A DNA stretch of 64,000 nucleotides from an uncultured Actinomycetota bacterium (GTDB lineage Bacteria > Actinomycetota > Actinomycetes > Mycobacteriales > CADCTP01), in contig CAWKIV010000019.1 in assembly GCA_963849885.1 (NCBI GenBank), positions 7,517-71,516 on the forward strand, written 5' to 3'. Positions 1 through 8,546 of this stretch are shown one piece after another. Numbering within the stretch: position 1 is the stretch's first letter; each line of letters starts with the position of its first letter. The notes below the pieces were generated by a model, which was not told the DNA's origin, searched no databases, and saw nothing but the letters and a program-made list of their open reading frames with translations. Made by a program: the position numbers and the translations under genes.

Positions 1-81
1 GCCGGCCGGCGTCGCCATGCCCCCCACCAAGACGCCCGCGGCGAGGAGGGCAATGCCAGCCGACACTCGGATCGATCTCAT
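1..81 (-). CDS. partial CDS: N-terminus of a secreted/membrane protein, continues beyond the left edge
   Basis: ATG at 79-81 (minus strand) preceded by a G-rich stretch. The 27 codons read MRSIRVSAGIALLAAGVLVGGMATPAG, a basic n-region plus hydrophobic core. No stop before the window edge. Confidence 0.3.
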   Translation of the reverse strand, partial: MRSIRVSAGIALLAAGVLVGGMATPAG

Positions 82-380
82 CTGGGAGCCCCCGCTCTGG
101 CTGTGACCAGCCGTAACTGAACGGTACCAGTGGGCAGCGGGCCACGGCGCCGGGTTCAGCAGCGGTGCGCCGGGGTCATCGCCGTGGACCTGACCCAGCG
201 ATCGGGGTCGATCCGCACAAGGCGTCGGTGACGATCGAAGTCCGGCGGAGTGCCGGCGCTGCTGCGCCTTCGGCATGCCGTACAGCTCGGCGACGAACTC
301 CGGCCCGTACGGGCCCGGTGCTCGGCCGGCATCGTCATCGCCATCATCGGCGGGGGCGCGCTCCGGGTACCGTCCGTGCG

Positions 381-1814
381 ATGGCGCCCGGAGATGTCGC
401 TCGGCTCTATCACGAGCTGACGAGCTACAGGCCCGGGAAGGACTATCTGCCGAAGGCCGTCGACCACCCGCTGGTCTTGCAGGACTTCGTCGCCAACGAC
501 ATCCCGACCTGGCCGGCGCAGGTCAAGGCGTATCCCGATGGGCTGCCGCGTGTCGAGCTGCCGCGGGAGTGGCCCCCGGTCGACGTCCCCGCGACCGCGG
601 TCCTGGCCGGCCTGGCGTCGGCGCCGCCGCCGACGCTTGCCGGGCTCGCCCGCACGCTGTTCCTGTCCGCGGGCGTCGTCCGGACAAGCCCGCGCAGCCA
701 GAACCGGACCGTGCTCTTTCGCGCCGCCGGCTCCGCAGGTGGACGCTTTCCGATGGAGCTTTACGTGTCGGCGCGCGGAGTCGACGGCTTGGCTGACGGC
801 GTGCACTGGTACGAGCCGGTCGGTCATGCCCTGCTGCAGGTTGGGCCGCCCGCGGGCGGGGAGGCGACCACGCTTGTTGTCACCGGGGTCCCTTGGCGCA
901 CGGGCTGGCGCTACGCCGAGCGCGGCTTCCGGCACATCTACTGGGATTCGGGCACGATGCTGGCCCAGACGCTCGCGCTCGCGGCTGGGCGACTGTTCAC
1001 GACCTTCCCCGATGAGCAGGTCACTCGGTTGGTCGGTGCCGACGGTGTGCAGGAATGGCCGGTCGCGCTCGTCGCGCTCGAGGACGGGTCGCCCGCGATC
1101 GCGCCCGGTGGCGCGGCGACGGCGGGCACGATCGATCGGGACCCGGTCGAGTTTCCGCTTGTCACGACGGCGCAACGGGCGGGCGACGGGGACGTGCTCG
1201 GCGAGCCGTGGCCGGCCGCGCCGGCGCTCGACGTAGAGCCGCCGCCGTCGCGCGACCTCGAGGCCGTGATACTTCAGCGCGGCTCGACGCGGCTGATGGA
1301 CGCGGGCGCGACCGTCCCGCGCGCGGGCTACGAGTTCGCGCTCGCCGCAGCGCTGCGCGGGATCGACGTGCCGCACTACATCGCCGTGCACGGCGTCCAA
1401 GGGGTCGAGCCCGGGCTCTACCGCTGGCCCGATCTGGCGTCGCCGCTGCGGCGCGGCGACCTGCGCCACGAGTTGCTCGTGGCGTGCTGGGACCAGGACC
1501 TCGGGCGTGACGCCGCGTACGTCGTGATGGCCGCGACCGACCTCGTCGGGCTCGATGACCGCGCCTACCGCGCCGCCCAGCTCGCCGCCGGGATCGTGGA
1601 AGGCCGGCTGCACCTCGCGGCCTACGCGCTCGGACTGGGCGCGTCCGGGATGTCGTTCCTGGACTCGGAGATCGAGCCGCTGCTGGGGACTCCGGTCGCT
1701 GGGCTGCTGTTCACGTGCGTCGGCGTCCCGACGTACCGCAACACGGCCGGCGGCCCGCCCGGCGAGCCGGTCTCCGTGCTGACCCCGACAGCAGGCGAGA
1801 CGCCAACCTCGTAG
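381..1814 (+). CDS. SagB/ThcOx-type dehydrogenase, tandem nitroreductase-fold protein
   Basis: Frame of ORF 165..1814. Coding-looking sequence begins at ATG 381 (MAPGDVARLYHELTSY...). Two nitroreductase-like halves are present (RAAGSAGGRFPMELYV...HWYEP and IAVHGVQGVEPGLYRW...AAGIVEGRLHLAAYALGLGASGMSF). The stretch 165-380 translates Arg-rich and looks non-coding. Confidence 0.75.
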   Translation: MAPGDVARLYHELTSYRPGKDYLPKAVDHPLVLQDFVANDIPTWPAQVKAYPDGLPRVELPREWPPVDVPATAVLAGLASAPPPTLAGLARTLFLSAGVVRTSPRSQNRTVLFRAAGSAGGRFPMELYVSARGVDGLADGVHWYEPVGHALLQVGPPAGGEATTLVVTGVPWRTGWRYAERGFRHIYWDSGTMLAQTLALAAGRLFTTFPDEQVTRLVGADGVQEWPVALVALEDGSPAIAPGGAATAGTIDRDPVEFPLVTTAQRAGDGDVLGEPWPAAPALDVEPPPSRDLEAVILQRGSTRLMDAGATVPRAGYEFALAAALRGIDVPHYIAVHGVQGVEPGLYRWPDLASPLRRGDLRHELLVACWDQDLGRDAAYVVMAATDLVGLDDRAYRAAQLAAGIVEGRLHLAAYALGLGASGMSFLDSEIEPLLGTPVAGLLFTCVGVPTYRNTAGGPPGEPVSVLTPTAGETPTS

Positions 1815-1903
1815 GCCCCCCGACTCGAGTTGCGTTTCGTCCGCCGATGAGTCGCCGAAGTAGTGGCCTACGCTGCGGCAGGTCAGAGTGTAGGGCGGTG
1901 GAG

Positions 1904-2269
1904 ATGCCGGACACGGGTGTGAGGCCGAGGCGGTTCCAGCGGCTGTCGATCGTTCGGTTGCGCACCCCGGAGACGCCGGCGCCGGACAGCCCGGACGACG
2001 ACCGGATTCAGGAGGCACACCTGGCGTACCTGCACGACCTGCAGGACCGGGGGTTGATCCTGGTCAACGGCCCGGTACAGCGAGCCGACGACCCGAGGTT
2101 CCGCGGCATGACCATCTACTCCGTACCGGCGGATGAGGCGCGCCAGCTCGCGCTGGAGGATCCCGCCGTGCGGGCCGGCTGGTTCGAGCCGCACGTGGAC
2201 GGTTGGCTGGTCCCCGCGGTGCCCGTGGCGCTCGGCACGAGGGTCGACGTCGAGTTCCCCGAGGACTAA
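1904..2269 (+). CDS. YciI-like family protein
   Basis: In-frame ATG at 1904 within ORF 1715..2269. EAHLAYLHDLQDRGLILVNGP...GMTIYSVPADEARQLALEDPAVRAGW matches the YciI fold pattern. Confidence 0.7.
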   Translation: MPDTGVRPRRFQRLSIVRLRTPETPAPDSPDDDRIQEAHLAYLHDLQDRGLILVNGPVQRADDPRFRGMTIYSVPADEARQLALEDPAVRAGWFEPHVDGWLVPAVPVALGTRVDVEFPED

Positions 2270-2348
2270 GCGCCTCACCCAACATCCGACTCTGCCGCGG
2301 GCGGCTCGTTGCGCGACTCTGCCGATGTGCCTGCATCGCGGGCGCTGC

Positions 2349-4196
2349 TCAGCGGTCGGCCGAGGCCTCCTCGAGTCGGGCTGCGATGCGCTTGTGTGCT
2401 TCCCACACCTCCTCGGGCAGGTCGGCGAACTGGGCCAGGTGCTCCTGACGGAAGGTCATCTCCTGGCGCCAGCGATCGTGGTCGACGGTGAGCAGGACCT
2501 CGAGATCGTCGGGCGCGATCGCCATCCCCTCCAGGTAGAGCTCGTCGGGGGTGGGGAGGATGCCGACCGGCGTGCGCCGCCCGCTGACTTCGCCGTTGCT
2601 CAGCCGTAGCAGCCACAGCAGAGGGCGCAGGTTGTCCCGATATCCGGGCCAGAGGAAGTGGCCGTCGGCGGGGTCGCGCTGGAACCAGTTGACGTGCGCG
2701 AAGATCGGTTTCTGCCGAGCGGAGCCGATGATCTTCAGCCAGTGCGCCGCGTAGGCCCCTTCGGGGTAGGAGAGGAACGGCCGCATCGACATCGGGTCGT
2801 AGCGCAGCTGACCCTCCACGCCCTCGGCGGCGTAGGTCGCCTCGGCACCCAGCGTCAGCCCGTCGTAGACGCCCTCGGCGACGTCGGTGATCGCACGGAT
2901 CAGCGGCTCGCGGTCACTCGTCCGGCCACCGAAGATGATCGCGTCGATGGGCACGCCCCGGGGGTCGTCGAAGTCGTCGGCGAGATTGGGCACGTTGTCC
3001 AGCTGGGTGGTGAAGCGGCTGTTCGGGTGCGCCCAGGGCTCATCGATGTCGGACTCGGGCGCTGCGCCGATCGGCGCGCCGGTCCAGTCGCGCCATCCGG
3101 CGGCCTCCGGTGGTGTCGGGGTGCGGCCCTCCCACCAGACTTCCTGCGTCTCCTCGTTGTAGGCCACGTTCGTGAACAACGTCCCGGTACCCGGCGCCAC
3201 CGCGGCGAGCCCGACCGGGTTGGTGGTCTCGTTGGTGTCCTTTGCGACACCGAAGACGCCGAACTCCGGGTTGATCGCGTAGATCCGGCCGTCGTCGGGA
3301 TCCACCCGGAGCCAGGCGATGTCATCGCCGTAGAACCGCACCTCGTACCGGTCCTTCAGCCCCTGCGGGGGCAGCATCATCGCGAGGTTGGTCTTGCCGG
3401 ACGCGCTGGGGAACCCACCGCAGATGTGATACGTACGGCCGGTCTGCTTGTCGGCGATGCCGATGAGCATGAACTGCTCGGCCAAGAACTCGCCCGACCT
3501 CCACCCGTCGTAGGCGGCTTGCCGCAGCCCGTGCGCGATCTTGCCGAGCAGCGCGTTGCCACCGTACGAGGAGCCGAAGTGCAGGATCGTGCGCTCGTCG
3601 GCGACGGTCACGAAGTAGCGCTGGTCGTGCTCGGTTCCCTGACCGAGGTTCTCCAGGTCGCCGGTGACGTGAACACCGCGCACGAAGCTGCCCGGATCGG
3701 CGAGGTTGTTGACGTAGTGCACGCCGACCCGCGCCATGCGGATCATGTGCAGGACGACCGTGCGGTGGTCGGTGAGCTCGACCCCGGCCCCGTACGACTC
3801 GAGCGGCGATCCCGGGGGCGCCATCAGGTACGGCACCACGTACATCGTCTTGCCGGCCGACGCGCCGCGCATCCGCTGCTCCAGCAGCGGCGTCATCTCC
3901 GCCGCCGGGCGCCAGTTGTTGTAGACGCCCCGGTCGGCCGGGTCGCTCGTCGCCACAATCGTGCGCTCCTCGGAGCGTGCGGTGTCCTTGACGTAGCTGC
4001 GCGAGTAGTAGCGGCCCTGTCCGGCGGGCTGGATCTCCCCCGCCGCCAGCGACTCCTCGAGCAGCCGGCCGTCGTCCGAGGCGCTGACGACCTCCACCCT
4101 CGCCGGTCGGGTATGCGCAGCCCACCGCCGCACGAACGCGCGGACCCGATCGTTGTTCACCCCTGCCCTGTCGAGTGCAGCGTCGACGTCCACCAC
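2349..4196 (-). CDS. pckG: phosphoenolpyruvate carboxykinase (GTP)
   Basis: 615-aa ORF with full-length resemblance to GTP-dependent PEPCK (YNNWRPAAEM, KTMYVVPYLMAP, FPSASGKTNLAMM, FGGRTSDREPL). GTG start at 4196 with AGGAG upstream. Confidence 0.97.
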   Translation of the reverse strand: MVDVDAALDRAGVNNDRVRAFVRRWAAHTRPARVEVVSASDDGRLLEESLAAGEIQPAGQGRYYSRSYVKDTARSEERTIVATSDPADRGVYNNWRPAAEMTPLLEQRMRGASAGKTMYVVPYLMAPPGSPLESYGAGVELTDHRTVVLHMIRMARVGVHYVNNLADPGSFVRGVHVTGDLENLGQGTEHDQRYFVTVADERTILHFGSSYGGNALLGKIAHGLRQAAYDGWRSGEFLAEQFMLIGIADKQTGRTYHICGGFPSASGKTNLAMMLPPQGLKDRYEVRFYGDDIAWLRVDPDDGRIYAINPEFGVFGVAKDTNETTNPVGLAAVAPGTGTLFTNVAYNEETQEVWWEGRTPTPPEAAGWRDWTGAPIGAAPESDIDEPWAHPNSRFTTQLDNVPNLADDFDDPRGVPIDAIIFGGRTSDREPLIRAITDVAEGVYDGLTLGAEATYAAEGVEGQLRYDPMSMRPFLSYPEGAYAAHWLKIIGSARQKPIFAHVNWFQRDPADGHFLWPGYRDNLRPLLWLLRLSNGEVSGRRTPVGILPTPDELYLEGMAIAPDDLEVLLTVDHDRWRQEMTFRQEHLAQFADLPEEVWEAHKRIAARLEEASADR

Positions 4197-4558
4197 GTGG
4201 GAGCACTCCTATCCGCGATCGCCGTCGATCGCGCCGTACCACGACACTAAAGCACCAATCGCGGCGTAAGATCGCCAGCCGAAGGTGCGCGGGACACAGC
4301 ATCATGCCGCACCGCTCGATGTCTTGCGGCCGTCCTCGCAGCGGCGTGGCCCCCTGAGTACCTGCACTTGATCGCATGGCCCATCGCGGCGGGAACCGTC
4401 GATCTCGCCCGTGCCGAAGACTCCTCGATCATGCGCGAGCATCCGCTCTCGAGGAACGGGTCAAGCGCGTCCCGTAGGAGTCGGTCGGCCCGCCGACGGC
4501 GCCGGGCAGGCTGGGGCCATCGGCATCCGTCCGGGAGAGTCGCTGCCGCCGCTTGTGC

Positions 4559-5416
4559 TCACCTGGCTTCGGGGGCGCGGTCGGTCTGCGCAGTCGCCGT
4601 TGGCTGCGGCTCGACCTGGCCGCGCTGAAGGTCGTGTTGCGCGGCATGCACCTCCTTCTCCGGTGCATTCGTCGCGCTCTCGAGGAATCGGAGGAGCTCC
4701 ACCGGAAACGGCAGGACGAGCGTGGAGTTCTTCTCCGCCGCGACCTCCACCACCGTCTGGAGGAGTCGTAGCTGCAGGGCGGCCGGAGTGTCGGCCATGA
4801 TGCCGGCAGCTTCCGCGAGCTTCCGGGACGCCTGCAGTTCGCCGTCCGCGGTGATGATCCGGGCGCGCCTCTCCCGTTCGGCCTCGGCCTGCCGGGACAT
4901 CGACCGCTTCATGGACTCGGGCAGCGCGACGTCCTTGATCTCCACTCGGTCGATGTGGATTCCCCAGCCCAACGCAGGGCTGTCGATGAGCAGCTCGAGA
5001 CCCTTGTTCAGGGACTCCCGGTTGCACAGCAGGTCGTCCAGCTCGCTCTTGCCGATCATGGATCGCAGCGAGGTCTGCGCAACCTGGCCCACCGCGAAGA
5101 GGTAATCCTGGACCGTGACGATCGCGGTCGTCGGCTGGTCCACCCGGAAGTAGACCACCGCGTCGACCCGCACTGTCACGTTGTCCCGGGTGATTCCGTC
5201 CTGTGCAGGCACGGGCATCGTGACGATCTGCATGTTGACCTTGCGAATGCGGTCGATGAGCGGCGTGATCCGGGTCAGCCCCGGTTCCCGGACAGCAGGT
5301 TGGACCCGCCCCAGCCGGAAGACCACCCCACGTTCGTACTGCCGCACCACCCGGAACCCGGCAGCCACCCAAGCGATCCCCAGACCCAGCACGCCCAGGA
5401 CGACCTCGACGAACAC
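4559..5416 (-). CDS. SPFH/band-7 (stomatin/prohibitin-like) membrane protein
   Basis: 285-aa ORF with an N-terminal TM segment followed by RVVRQYERGVVFRLGR...DNVTVRVDAVVYFRV...AEAERERRARII, typical of SPFH domain proteins. Confidence 0.93.
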   Translation of the reverse strand: MFVEVVLGVLGLGIAWVAAGFRVVRQYERGVVFRLGRVQPAVREPGLTRITPLIDRIRKVNMQIVTMPVPAQDGITRDNVTVRVDAVVYFRVDQPTTAIVTVQDYLFAVGQVAQTSLRSMIGKSELDDLLCNRESLNKGLELLIDSPALGWGIHIDRVEIKDVALPESMKRSMSRQAEAERERRARIITADGELQASRKLAEAAGIMADTPAALQLRLLQTVVEVAAEKNSTLVLPFPVELLRFLESATNAPEKEVHAAQHDLQRGQVEPQPTATAQTDRAPEAR

Positions 5417-5844
5417 GGCAGCCTCCTCGCCAGCCGACGGCCGGGCGGAGCCGGCGGCCCGAAGGGCCGAGAAAGTCGGCGGCGCGGGCGGAGGGCGTGA
5501 CCCGGCCCCACCAGCCTACGTCCCAGGCCGCCGCTCGACCGGCATCGGCCGCCCGGCTGGCAACTGGCCATCTGCCACCCGCGTCGAAACGCCCAGTCGG
5601 CGCAGCTACAAGGCACGCACATCAGGGAGCGGATGATCGTGCTGCTCGGGGCGGGGTCGCGGGGTCTGAGTCGGAGCCTATCTGGACGGCGACGCGCGGC
5701 CCGCGGCTCGCCGGGCGGGGGCGCTCGGCGATGAGGGGCGCGGTCGCGGATCCGGCCTTGTTCTTTACGTCGGCGCCTCGCTGCCCTGAGTACGGTGGAC
5801 CGGCCGCGCCCCGGAGGTCGGCAGCGGTTCAACCCGAGGGACGG

Positions 5845-6831
5845 GTGGTGAACGAGCTCTCCCCGAAGTGGCTGGCCGAGCAGCGGATCCGGCGTGAGCA
5901 GGAGCTGGTCCTGCTCGTCAACGTCCGGTCGCGCCGCGGTGCCCGGCACCACGGGGCGGTCCGGGCGATGTTGGAGGGCCGCGGGTTCACCGTTACTGCG
6001 GAGCATCTGGTTCGGAACCCGGCGGCGCAGCTGCCGGCGCTGCTTCCGCAGATCCTCGCTGCCCGCCCGCCGCTGCTCGTGGTCGGCAGCGGCGACGGCA
6101 CCATCGCGACCGTGGTCGACCACCTCGCCCACACCGACACGGTCCTGGGCTACCTGCCGTTGGGCACCACGAACAACTTCGGTCGCAGCCTCGGGCTGCC
6201 GATGCGGCTGCGCGGCGCCATCGACGTCATCGTGCACGGGAAGGTCGCCGACGTCGACCTTGGCAGCGTCAACGGCGACCTGTTCGCCAACCTGGTCAGC
6301 ATCGGCGTCTCCGCGGACGTGGCCGGTCGCACCCCGCACGCCCTGAAGCGCCGCCTCGGCCGCGGCGCATACGCGGCGACCGGGCTGCGCGCGCTGCTGA
6401 CCCACCGACCGTTCGTGGCCGACATCAGCACCGCCGACACCACCTGGCGGGTGTCCACCCATCAGCTGAACATCGCGAACGGACGCATGCACGCCGGCAC
6501 CGCGATCGCGTCCGACGCGAGCGTCGACGACCGTCTGCTCATTGCGTACGCCCTCGGCGGTCCGGGCCGGCTGTCCACGGTCTACGCCGCGGCGCACCAG
6601 GCGCTGACACCATGGCGGCCGGTGGAGCGGAAGGGCTACCTCACCGCCACCGAGCTCCACGTCAACACCGACACCCCTCAGCTGATTGACGTCGACGGCG
6701 AGATCGCTGGCCAGACCCCGATCCATGTCAAGCTCAGCCCGAACGCCCTGCGCGTCCTCGTCCCTCTCGACTTCGTGGACGACAAGATGCCCGGCCACCC
6801 CCAAGTCCGCCGCGAGATCCGACCCGACTGA
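5845..6831 (+). CDS. diacylglycerol/lipid kinase family protein (YegS/DagK-like)
   Basis: Tail of ORF 5497..6831. GTG candidates at 5845 and 5848 follow GAGGGA. The protein has LLVNVRSRRG, the VVGSGDGTIATVV nucleotide-binding motif, and LPLGTTNNF. Confidence 0.85.
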   Translation: MVNELSPKWLAEQRIRREQELVLLVNVRSRRGARHHGAVRAMLEGRGFTVTAEHLVRNPAAQLPALLPQILAARPPLLVVGSGDGTIATVVDHLAHTDTVLGYLPLGTTNNFGRSLGLPMRLRGAIDVIVHGKVADVDLGSVNGDLFANLVSIGVSADVAGRTPHALKRRLGRGAYAATGLRALLTHRPFVADISTADTTWRVSTHQLNIANGRMHAGTAIASDASVDDRLLIAYALGGPGRLSTVYAAAHQALTPWRPVERKGYLTATELHVNTDTPQLIDVDGEIAGQTPIHVKLSPNALRVLVPLDFVDDKMPGHPQVRREIRPD

Positions 6832-6889
6832 AGCCGGCGTTGTGGAGCAGGGGTCCGACGCACTGTGTCAGGTGGATGGTCGGGCCGTC

Positions 6890-7471
6890 CTAGCGGGACG
6901 ACTCCAGGCCGCTGAGCCGGTTGTTGAGTTTGACGGTGGTGCTCCAACTGCGGATCGTCATCGACTTGTACAGCGGGGAACTCATCACCGTGTTGAGCCG
7001 GCTCTTGGTGCGTTGGGCGCTGAGCCGCTGCGAATAGATGACGCCTTCGCCTTGCCAGATCCGGTCGACGCCCTCTCGCGGGTTGAAGGCCGTCATCGCG
7101 CTGGATGCGCTGATGCCCATGAGGAAGATCGCGTCACAGTGGTACGTGTCCGGCTCGTCGCCGAAGCGGTCAGGCTTGTCCTCGACGACGGCCTTGACCT
7201 GTGCCGCGGTGAGCACCAGCACCTTGACCGGGTCCTGGTCGAGACCGAAGTCCTCGACCAGGACCGACTCGATCTGCTGACCGAGCGTCCGTGCGGGCTT
7301 CGAGGACCGCAGCAGCACATTGCCGCTGGCCAGAACTGTAGAGACGTCTTCGTGGCCGAGATCGGTCAGTCGTTCGGACAACGCGGACATGGCGAGCTTG
7401 TTCTTGCCGCCGACGTTCACGCCGCGCAGCAGCGCCAGGTACGACCGCACGTCCGTCCGCCTCACCTTCAT
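6890..7471 (-). CDS. DUF1697 family protein
   Basis: In-frame ATG at 7471 within ORF 6890..7600. YLALLRGVNVGGKNKLAMSALSERLTDLGHEDVSTVLASGNVLL is the DUF1697 signature N-terminus. By eye, GC is visibly lower than in neighbouring genes. Confidence 0.75.
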   Translation of the reverse strand: MKVRRTDVRSYLALLRGVNVGGKNKLAMSALSERLTDLGHEDVSTVLASGNVLLRSSKPARTLGQQIESVLVEDFGLDQDPVKVLVLTAAQVKAVVEDKPDRFGDEPDTYHCDAIFLMGISASSAMTAFNPREGVDRIWQGEGVIYSQRLSAQRTKSRLNTVMSSPLYKSMTIRSWSTTVKLNNRLSGLESSR

Positions 7472-7716
7472 CGGTCGCAGGCTGCCCTGCACCCTCGTCC
7501 GCTGCAACGGCGTCGATCCCACCACGGCGCCGCGGCGTGGACGACCGGTGGCCGGCTCCGGCGGGCCACGACGAACCGCGATGCCGCTCCTCGAAGACAC
7601 GCGATCGCCTCACCTGCGTCGCTCGAGCGTGGCGCCTTCTGCAGGGCTCGATGAGCATCAACTGGACGGTCATCGCCTGCCAGGTGCTGCGCTGGGATTA
7701 GCCCGTCCGGGCGGTT

Positions 7717-7744
7717 GTACTCTACCTAGGCCTAGGTAGAGTAC
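7717..7744. promoter_or_regulatory. perfect 28-bp palindrome (candidate PadR operator) containing a -10-like TAGAGT
   Basis: GTACTCTACCTAGG|CCTAGGTAGAGTAC is perfectly self-complementary. It ends 4 nt before the padR ATG (7749). TAGAGT at 7737-7742 lies 6 nt upstream of the ATG, which suggests a leaderless transcript. Confidence 0.5.
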
Positions 7745-7748
7745 GTGC

Positions 7749-8180
7749 ATGGCTGACAGGGCACCGCGGATGACGATCCCGACCCAGCTGGTGCTCCGGG
7801 CGCTGCTCGAGGACCCGGCGCGGGAGCTGTACGGGATCGAGATCGGCACCGCGGCCGGCCTGCCCAGCGGGACGGTCCATCCGATCCTGGCCCGTCTGGA
7901 GGGCCTGCGCTGGGTCGAGTCCCGCTGGGAGGACATCGACACCCGGGCGGAGGGCCGGCCCGCCCGCCGCTACTACCGGCTCACCGCCACCGGGGCCGAG
8001 TCCGCCCGGATGGCGTTGGCCCGCGCCTACCGGCCGAGCTCGGGCGGCCTCGCCTGCGGCCTGCGACCGAGCCGACATGACCCCGCCGCCGGACATCTGG
8101 TGCTGCCGCACTGTCGAGCTCGCGGTTCGGGTGCTGCCGGCCCAGCACCGGGAGCGGTACGCGTTGGAGTTCATCGCTGA
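7749..8180 (+). CDS. PadR family transcriptional regulator
   Basis: 143-aa ORF. LVLRALLEDPARELYGIEIGTAAGLPSGTVHPILARLEGLRWVESRWE...RRYYRLTATG is a PadR winged-helix domain. The last ~35 residues look like out-of-frame sequence and overlap the next gene by 104 nt. Confidence 0.85.
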   Translation: MADRAPRMTIPTQLVLRALLEDPARELYGIEIGTAAGLPSGTVHPILARLEGLRWVESRWEDIDTRAEGRPARRYYRLTATGAESARMALARAYRPSSGGLACGLRPSRHDPAAGHLVLPHCRARGSGAAGPAPGAVRVGVHR

Positions 8181-8469
8181 GCTCTACGGCCTACCGCCTG
8201 CCCAGCAGCGCCGGCACTCCGCCCGCGTGCTGACCAGCGCCTGGGCACTGCGCACCGCGCTCGACCCTGCCGCCCTCGCGCCGATCCAGGAGAAAGCCGA
8301 GCACAGAACCCGAGGGTGGCTGCTCTGTCACCTCGGTCGGCACCTGTGGGCGCAGCATCGCAATCCCGAAGTCGGCGGGAAGGATGCGGTGTTCGAGCAG
8401 TGTCGCCGGTGCGGACGCGAGCGCCAAGGGCACGAGCCGCCCCCGCCGGGATCGGTCCTGGGCGGCTAG
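8077..8469 (+). CDS. hypothetical protein (PadR-adjacent) with a C-terminal Cys/His zinc-ribbon-like motif
   Basis: 130-aa ORF with high GC3. N-terminal LPAQHRERYALEFIAEL resembles proteins commonly found after PadR genes. The C-terminus has CHLGRH...CRRC. The start is uncertain because of the overlap with padR. Confidence 0.5.
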   Translation: MTPPPDIWCCRTVELAVRVLPAQHRERYALEFIAELYGLPPAQQRRHSARVLTSAWALRTALDPAALAPIQEKAEHRTRGWLLCHLGRHLWAQHRNPEVGGKDAVFEQCRRCGRERQGHEPPPPGSVLGG

Positions 8470-8546
8470 CCGGACGCCGGGCCACCCCTGTTTGCGGCCG
8501 TGGCGTCATCCGAGCACTTTCGTGCGGAGAGAGCAGGAGGGGTGAG

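Noticed and set aside
275-380. Ser-rich small ORF (MPYSSATNSGPYGPGARPASSSPSS...) as a RiPP precursor for the SagB-type enzyme
   Set aside because: It is the 5' part of an ORF that runs through and out of frame with the SagB gene. GC3 decays after about 14 codons. The same DNA is better explained as the reverse complement of the paralogue relic at 244-309.
165-380. N-terminal extension of the SagB-type gene from GTG 165
   Set aside because: The translation (MRRGHRRGPDPAIGVDPHKASV...RHRHRHHRRGR) is Arg/His-rich and unlike the family N-terminus. The conserved YHELT motif follows ATG 381 directly.
5275-6804. 509-aa minus-strand ORF opposite the lipid kinase gene
   Set aside because: It is an antisense shadow. 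The plus-strand frame carries the DAGK catalytic-domain motifs.
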